Assembly (NCBI RefSeq): GCF_036917515.1
Contig: NZ_JBALDE010000015.1
Coordinates: 12,584 to 44,583 of the forward strand
Reading direction: 5' to 3'
Origin: Nostoc sp.
GTDB taxonomy: Bacteria; Cyanobacteriota; Cyanobacteriia; Cyanobacteriales; Nostocaceae
Length of the DNA stretch: 32,000 bases
Below the pieces are notes generated by a model. The model was not told where the DNA came from and searched no databases. It saw only the letters and a program-made list of their open reading frames with translations. This document shows, piece after piece, positions 26,151 to 32,000 of the stretch (position 1 is the first letter of the stretch; the number at the start of each line of letters is the position of its first letter). The translations under genes and the position numbers were made by a program.

Positions 26151-26450
26151 ATTAATTATAATAATTATTCCACCTGTATCGCTTGCCCTGCTTGGGCAGC
26201 AATAAATGCAGCATTCAAAGAAATGTTACGAATACTGCTACCCGCTACATTTAATATCTGTATAAGAATGGTTATTGTTTAGCAAAATGACTTGTACCGT
26301 TGAGGGTGTTCTTGCCTACCTAATGAGCGAGAGAATATATTTTATTACTAAGGATAGTTTTCAGTGGAACCAACTCGTATTTAATATAACAAATACTGAA
26401 GAATCAACTTTGTCAGTGATTAATCTTTTCCCTATAACCAAGGAGTAATA

Positions 26451-27413
26451 ATGGTTTTAAGTCAATATCAACGCGCTGTAGGCGTATTTACTCATCGGAT
26501 AGATGCAGAGCAGGCAATACATGAGTTGAGAGATTCTGGCTTGGCGATGGAGAAAGTATCTGTAGTTGTACAGAATTCAGATCACAATCATGAGATTGCC
26601 GATAATGAAATTAAAGAGGACACTGGTGATAAAGCTGATGAAGGTGCAACAGTAGGAGGGCTTTCAGGGGGCGCTGTTGGTGGGTTAACTGGTTTATTAG
26701 TGGGTCTTGGGACTTTAGCAATCCCTGGAGTTGGCCCAATAATGCTGGCTGGGGCAGCAGCAACTGCTTTGGTTACAACCCTTGTTGGAGCAAGTATTGG
26801 TGCTGCCACTGGGACTTTTGCTGGTGCATTAGTTGGTTGGGGAATGTCGTCAGAACAAGCTAGAGCATATAACGAGCGAGTAGAGGATGGACACTATTTA
26901 ATAATCGTAGATTGTACATCTTTTGAAATTGCTAAAGTAGAAGAAATACTACGGCGTTGGGGTATTGAAGAGTTTGGCATTTACGAGCATCTCAACAGTG
27001 AATATGAAACTACAAATTATCTGACCACAACGACTTCTGCTACTGCCATTCCTAATAAAAGTGGGATGATGTCTAAGTATGGTGTTAGTTGCTTTAATAG
27101 CATAGAGAATGCTGAAACGGCAATTAAGGATATGTGTATTGCAGGTTTTTCATTAAACCAGATTTCCTTAATTTGCAAAGACTTTTCTCAATTGGTTGGG
27201 TCAACAGGCATTAATTTAAGTGAACGCTTTGACGCTATGAGGTTAGGAATAGCAGATGAGTGGGCACGCTTTTACAATGAGCAAATAGAGCAAGGCAATT
27301 ACATACTTATCGTTAGTGGGACAGATAATGAGCAAGATATAGCTAGCTCTATTCTGTGCAATTATGGGGTTCAAGAGTGTCAAATTTATGACCCAATGTT
27401 AATTCGTTCTTAA
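26451..27413 (+). CDS. membrane stress-type protein with duplicated YflT/general-stress-like domain and glycine-zipper segment
   Basis: SD AAGGAG. YQRAVGVFTHRIDAEQAIHELRDSG and KYGVSCFNSIENAETAIKDMCIAG are paralogous, as are ARAYNERVEDGHYLIIV and ARFYNEQIEQGNYILIV. A central G/A-rich hydrophobic stretch is present. Confidence 0.65.
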   Translation: MVLSQYQRAVGVFTHRIDAEQAIHELRDSGLAMEKVSVVVQNSDHNHEIADNEIKEDTGDKADEGATVGGLSGGAVGGLTGLLVGLGTLAIPGVGPIMLAGAAATALVTTLVGASIGAATGTFAGALVGWGMSSEQARAYNERVEDGHYLIIVDCTSFEIAKVEEILRRWGIEEFGIYEHLNSEYETTNYLTTTTSATAIPNKSGMMSKYGVSCFNSIENAETAIKDMCIAGFSLNQISLICKDFSQLVGSTGINLSERFDAMRLGIADEWARFYNEQIEQGNYILIVSGTDNEQDIASSILCNYGVQECQIYDPMLIRS

Positions 27414-27869
27414 AAGCGGGTGCTGTCATTAATGGGAGCAAACTTATTTAAGTTTTGGAAGATAAGCTGTTCCACATTTAACTTACCATAACAGCGTTAC
27501 CTTTTAACTTAATTCCTGTTTCCTCCATCATGTAGGTAGCTAATTTCGCTGCTGTCCACCTACCAAAATATAAGTGGTATTCCACCTACTAACTAAATTT
27601 ACTATATTTTCCATCCCCTTTAGGGGAAGTGGTTATGGAAAAAGTTGCCTTCTGTAACCCTTATTAAGCAAGGCTTTGAGATATCCAAATCGACGCCACT
27701 TTTAAAATTGTCAACAACCATCAACTAATTATCAATAAGCAATGGGTTTTGCAGCCTGAAAACCTTACTGTGCAAATAATCGACACCAGTCAACAAAATA
27801 ATGCGGTTTTCAAGGTTATGGCGAATGGTGTCGATGAGCTTCAACATATTTACCTGACAGTAAAATATC

Positions 27870-29384
27870 TTACTTAAAATTCTCAACAGTTCGGCTTCGC
27901 TCAGGGTCAGCAGTGAGCGAAGCTGAAGGGTCAAGCTGTATTGACTCTTTCTCCGTCTCCAGTTGCTGTCGTTGCTTGCTATACTCACGCAGCTGCTTCA
28001 AAAGGTTTTCTTGGGATGAGTTCGAGATAGACGGACTGGGACTTGGTTGAAGGTCAGTGTCGGTACTTGCAAAATTAGCCGCTGAGGGATTAATTTCGTT
28101 GACTGGTAGCGACTTGTCATTAAACATCGCCTGTTGGTTTGGTGCTGAGGTAAAAATTAGATTCTTTGGTTTACTCACAGCAGCTTTTACCGAGTCTAGA
28201 GTAGTAGCAACTTGCACTTGTTGCTGCATCTGTTGTGTAGAAGATACTAAACCACTTAGACCATTTACCAATTGCCGCAGATTTTTACGGAAATTAGGAT
28301 CGCCTGTCAATTCATCTAAATCAGATGTAATTTTTTGGGTATTTTCAAAGGTGACTCGTGCTGAATCTAAAGTTTGTTGCAACAGCAGCACATTCTTGGG
28401 ATCTTTTAAGGTTTTAGAAGCATCGCGTAAATTAGCTGAAGCTTGGGCTGCATTTGCTGAAAGCGTTTCTAAATTGTTGAGTAATTCTCCTTTAGTCAAT
28501 CGATTCACAGATGGTGATAAGCTACTGACTGTAACCCGCAATTGGTTACTGGTTTCGGTGATATTATTCAAAGTACCAACCAGGGCCGAACGATTTGTTG
28601 TCAACAGATTATCCAGGTTATTCAGCAATCGATTTGCTTGAGTTGCAGTTGCATCAAATTTGTTTAGTGTTTGATTTGCGGATGCATTAAGTTGATTTGT
28701 CGCCCGTTGCACTGAATTAGCCGTGGCAGAAAAGGTATTAAGTTGTAATCGTAAGCTTTTGGTCAAACCTTGTAAATCCTGACTTAGCTGAGTAAAACTA
28801 GATGCTGCGCCTGTGGTAGTCTCTAGAACCCTATTGACATTTCGATAAAATTTGGGGTCATTGTATGCACTGGCTAGTTCAGTTGAACTGCGAATTAGAT
28901 CATCAACACTGATGCCAAGCTGACCTTTTAACCGAGAGCCATTGCAGACGATGAGGCTGGTATCACAATTTTTATCTAGGGGTTTAGCAAGCACAACCCC
29001 AGCAGGTAATGTTGCTTTTGGTGTAATGTCGATAATACTTTCGCTGATTAATCCGCTTTGATTAGCTTCCACCACTACATCGCGAGGGATAATTAGGTTA
29101 GGTTGGGGAATTTCAATCTCTACATCAATGGCATTTGGCCCTGGTCGAACTTGGAAAATAGTTCCTACCTTAAAGCCACGATAGCGAACTGGTGATCCCT
29201 TTTGCATTCCGCCAGCATTAGCAAATTCTACAATAATTTTGTATGAACGACCAGCAGCAGTCAATCTATTTAACCACAAAAAGAGTAATCCAAATACCCC
29301 TAGTCCTAGCAGGAGTAATAACCCCACAGAACCTTCTCTAAATGTTCGCCCAGAGGCGAAGCGGCTTGTCATAAGACCTCGCAT
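27870..29384 (-). CDS. mlaD: MlaD/MCE-domain protein (lipid-transport substrate-binding component) with a long helical C-terminal extension
   Basis: N-terminal TM helix, then the MCE core (YKIIVEFANAGGMQKGSPVRYRGFKVGTI). The gene lies adjacent to the ABC ATPase. ATG at 29384 has an upstream GGTGGAGG. Confidence 0.85.
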   Translation of the reverse strand: MRGLMTSRFASGRTFREGSVGLLLLLGLGVFGLLFLWLNRLTAAGRSYKIIVEFANAGGMQKGSPVRYRGFKVGTIFQVRPGPNAIDVEIEIPQPNLIIPRDVVVEANQSGLISESIIDITPKATLPAGVVLAKPLDKNCDTSLIVCNGSRLKGQLGISVDDLIRSSTELASAYNDPKFYRNVNRVLETTTGAASSFTQLSQDLQGLTKSLRLQLNTFSATANSVQRATNQLNASANQTLNKFDATATQANRLLNNLDNLLTTNRSALVGTLNNITETSNQLRVTVSSLSPSVNRLTKGELLNNLETLSANAAQASANLRDASKTLKDPKNVLLLQQTLDSARVTFENTQKITSDLDELTGDPNFRKNLRQLVNGLSGLVSSTQQMQQQVQVATTLDSVKAAVSKPKNLIFTSAPNQQAMFNDKSLPVNEINPSAANFASTDTDLQPSPSPSISNSSQENLLKQLREYSKQRQQLETEKESIQLDPSASLTADPERSRTVENFK

Positions 29385-29468
29385 TGTTTTGCCTCCACCA
29401 ACAACCAATAACCAATTAGGAGTTAAAAGTTAGGAGTTAGTAACTCTTTACTCCTCATTTTTAAGTTT

Positions 29469-30251
29469 CTAGCCGGCGACTTTAATCGGGCCTTCAACAG
29501 TTCCACTCATAAATTGTCTGATCAAGGGATGTTCTGTGTTGTATATTTCAGTAACTGTACCTTGCCACTGCACTTTACCTTCATAAAGAAATATAAGTCT
29601 ATCAGATGTACGGCGGATAGTGCTGTCCTGGTGGGTAACAACGGCATAAGTACCACAAACTCCATGTAAACATTGCAAGTTACGGATTAAATCTTCGATT
29701 ACCGTTGAGGCAATGGGATCGAGTCCGGCTGTTGGCTCGTCGTATAGTAGAACTTCTGGGGCTTCACTGGGAATATCGGGATTAGAGATAATCGCACGGG
29801 CAAAACTCACCCGTTTTCGCATTCCCCCGGAAAGTTCGGCTGGGTATTGGTCGCCTACTTCTGGCAAACCTACCATCTCCAATTTTTCTTGTACCAAATC
29901 TCGGATGCGCGATCGCGGCAGCTTTGAATTTTCATAAAGTAAAAATCCTACATTCTCGTCCACTGTCAGCGAATCAAATAGTGCCGCCTGCTGAAACACC
30001 ATACTAATGCCAACCTGCTGACCGTCATCCTCAATCAAACCCTCTCGCCGCACTCCTTTGACATAAATTTCTCCTTCATCGGGATTAGTTAACCCTGCTA
30101 TTACTCGTAAGATAGTTGATTTCCCAGTCCCTGATGGCCCAATAATCCCCAGTGATTCTCCCCGGTTAATAGTCAAGTCTATATTATCTAGAACTTTATG
30201 GTTACCAAAGGACTTAGAAACACCTTTCAGTTCAATCAATGGTTCAGTCAT
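29469..30251 (-). CDS. mlaF: ABC transporter ATP-binding protein (MlaF-like)
   Basis: Walker A GPSGTGKST, signature LSGGMRKR, Walker B LLYDEPTAGLD and an H-loop. Confidence 0.9.
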   Translation of the reverse strand: MTEPLIELKGVSKSFGNHKVLDNIDLTINRGESLGIIGPSGTGKSTILRVIAGLTNPDEGEIYVKGVRREGLIEDDGQQVGISMVFQQAALFDSLTVDENVGFLLYENSKLPRSRIRDLVQEKLEMVGLPEVGDQYPAELSGGMRKRVSFARAIISNPDIPSEAPEVLLYDEPTAGLDPIASTVIEDLIRNLQCLHGVCGTYAVVTHQDSTIRRTSDRLIFLYEGKVQWQGTVTEIYNTEHPLIRQFMSGTVEGPIKVAG

Positions 30252-30295
30252 TAGTTATTAGTCATTGGTCATTGGTCATTGGTCATTAGTCAGTA
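30247..30295. repeat. STRR2-type heptamer array (TTGGTCA / GTCATTG)n
   Basis: gtcatta gttatta gtcattg gtcattg gtcattg gtcatta gtcagta. The first unit contains the ATG of the ABC ATPase gene. Confidence 0.85.
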
Positions 30296-30915
30296 GAAAA
30301 TAAACAAATGATTACTGAGAACTAACAAAGGACAAATATGCCAAATAGTGATTTCATAGTTATTGGTAGGACATTGTATAGTGTATTATAAATACATAAT
30401 TAGCATTTTGATTAGCAAACTTTATTTTTTTAGCATAATATTTAGTTATTTGCGATGTTTAACGTCTCAAAATACCCTCAACGCAAGGCTGACCAAGACA
30501 CCGTAGTAATTAAACATCTCAGTGATGTGAAAATAAGATTTCAGTTTTCTCGAGACGTCAGTAAACTCATTTAATACTATTACTATACTACTTGAATTTA
30601 TAACTACTTCAGAGAAAAGTTACAGCAAAAAAAATCATTAAGTAAGTTAATACAAGGTGTAACAATCAAATTTAATTTATAAAAATCAAAATATTCAAAT
30701 TTTTAATTTTTTATATTAACTCAAAAATATATTTTTATAAATGATTAAGATGGCTATAAAAAATTATTTTGCTCTCATCCAAAGTTATTGGAATTAGCAT
30801 AACTACTAGATCAAGTGAGAGATTAATAGTATTATTTGTCAATCTGATAGTTGGCAAACTTACAAATTATTTACTATTATTGGAATAATAACTGTTAAAA
30901 ATAAAAATCTAAATT

Positions 30916-31953
30916 ATGAGTAGCCAATTAGAACAGTTTGCAAGTGATAATTCCTCTGGTATTTGTCCTGAAGCACTGGAATACATGATTAGGGCAAATC
31001 AAGGTAGTGTTCCAGCTTATGGAAATGATGAATGGACTCAAAAAGCAACAGATTATTTTCGTGAACTCTTTGAAATTGATTGTGAAGTATTTTTTACCTT
31101 TAACGGTACAGCTGCAAATTCTTTATCTTTAGCTGCTCTTTGTCAGTCATATCACAGCGTCATTTGCCATGAGACATCTCACATCGAAACAGATGAATGT
31201 GGCGCACCTGAATTTGCATCTAATGGCTCAAAACTACTACTTGCTCAAGGCAAAAATGGCAAATTAACATCAGAAGCTATAAAGGCAATTGTCACTAAAC
31301 GCACTGATATTCATTATCCTAAACCTAAAGTTATTAGCATTACACAATCAACTGAATTAGGAACTTTATATTCTATTGAAGAACTTTTAAGTATTAAAGA
31401 AGTTGCAAACAAATATAACTTAAAGATTCACATGGACGGCGCTCGTTTTGCAAATGCAGTTGCTGCTATGAATAAAAGCCCTGCTGAAATTACTTGGAAA
31501 ACTGGAGTGGATGTATTATGCTTTTGTGGTACTAAGAATGGAATGGCATTAGGTGAAGCCATTCTTTTCTTCAACAAAGCGCTAGCAGAGGATTTTGATT
31601 ATCGATGCAAGCAAGCAGGCCAGCTAGCTTCAAAAATGCGGTTTATTTCTGCTCCCTGGTTGGGTTTATTAGAAACTGGTGCTTGGCTAAAAAATGCCAG
31701 ACACGCTAATCAATGTGCTGAATATTTAGAAAATCAACTATTAAACATAGAAGGCGTTGACTTGATGTTTCCTAGAGAAGCAAACGCCGTATTTGTAAAA
31801 CTACCTGAAGAAGTCATTCACAGCTTAAAAGCAAAGAACTGGCAGTTTTATACATTTATTGGTGTGGGAGGAGTACGTTTTATGTGTTCTTGGAATACTA
31901 CTCAATCAAGGATTGATGAATTAGTTGGTGATATTAAAAATGCAAAAAAGTAA
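30916..31953 (+). CDS. low-specificity threonine aldolase / beta-eliminating lyase family PLP enzyme
   Basis: FASDNSSGICPEAL, FNGTAANSL, HMDGARFANA and a candidate PLP lysine in CGTKNG. Confidence 0.85.
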   Translation: MSSQLEQFASDNSSGICPEALEYMIRANQGSVPAYGNDEWTQKATDYFRELFEIDCEVFFTFNGTAANSLSLAALCQSYHSVICHETSHIETDECGAPEFASNGSKLLLAQGKNGKLTSEAIKAIVTKRTDIHYPKPKVISITQSTELGTLYSIEELLSIKEVANKYNLKIHMDGARFANAVAAMNKSPAEITWKTGVDVLCFCGTKNGMALGEAILFFNKALAEDFDYRCKQAGQLASKMRFISAPWLGLLETGAWLKNARHANQCAEYLENQLLNIEGVDLMFPREANAVFVKLPEEVIHSLKAKNWQFYTFIGVGGVRFMCSWNTTQSRIDELVGDIKNAKK

Positions 31954-32000
31954 GTAATTTATACCACTTTTCTAAAACTAAAATTCATTAGTACGATTAA

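Noticed and set aside
27725-27988. 87-aa minus-strand ORF overlapping the mlaD 3' end (a possible 40-aa ORF from the ATG at 27847)
   Set aside because: Most of it overlaps mlaD in another frame. The non-overlapping part has no SD or recognisable features.
28057-28641. 194-aa plus-strand ORF
   Set aside because: It lies antisense to the helical extension of the MlaD-like gene, with Cys/Phe-rich nonsense composition.
1-32000. tRNA, rRNA or riboswitch genes in the intergenic regions
   Set aside because: I scanned the longer intergenic stretches by eye (2150-2500, 9135-9690, 20576-21400, 25667-26450, 27414-27869, 30296-30915). I found no cloverleaf-like or conserved riboswitch core sequences. 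A covariance-model scan would be needed to exclude them.

Overview
This window looks like chromosomal DNA from a heterocystous cyanobacterium (Nostoc/Anabaena type). The exact octamer GCGATCGC (HIP1) occurs roughly two dozen times by my eye count, against about 0.5 expected by chance in 32 kb. Intergenic regions carry heptamer STRR arrays, including TTGGTCA. Housekeeping-type genes sit at both ends: nitroreductase, MFS transporter, PAS histidine kinase, ClpC, MlaD/MlaF-like lipid-transport pair and threonine aldolase. Between them lie three accessory blocks. (1) At 2.4-5.2 kb a stand-alone APH-type kinase is translationally coupled to a HopA1-family protein. A leader-like mini-ORF with a double-glycine site follows; it is a candidate split-dehydratase RiPP locus, but the peptide ORF carries an in-frame TAA at codon 6. 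(2) At 9.7-18.4 kb there is a conflict/defence-style island. It holds an XPB-like helicase, a DUF790/Bax1-like nuclease, a VapBC-like pair, a RecB-family PD-(D/E)XK nuclease and a small helical N/Q/G-tailed protein. That small protein lies in the same frame as an NB-ARC/TPR STAND NTPase, separated from it by a single TGA. The NTPase carries near-identical 126-bp TPR repeats. The island ends with HicB plus a frameshifted hicA-like relic and VapB plus a frameshifted vapC. (3) Scattered gene relics (dinB N-terminus, ypfJ-like metallopeptidase fragment with HExxH changed to HKxxH) and MITE-like hairpin elements. I recognised no rRNA, tRNA or CRISPR array. All family assignments come from reading motifs by eye. 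No searches were run.
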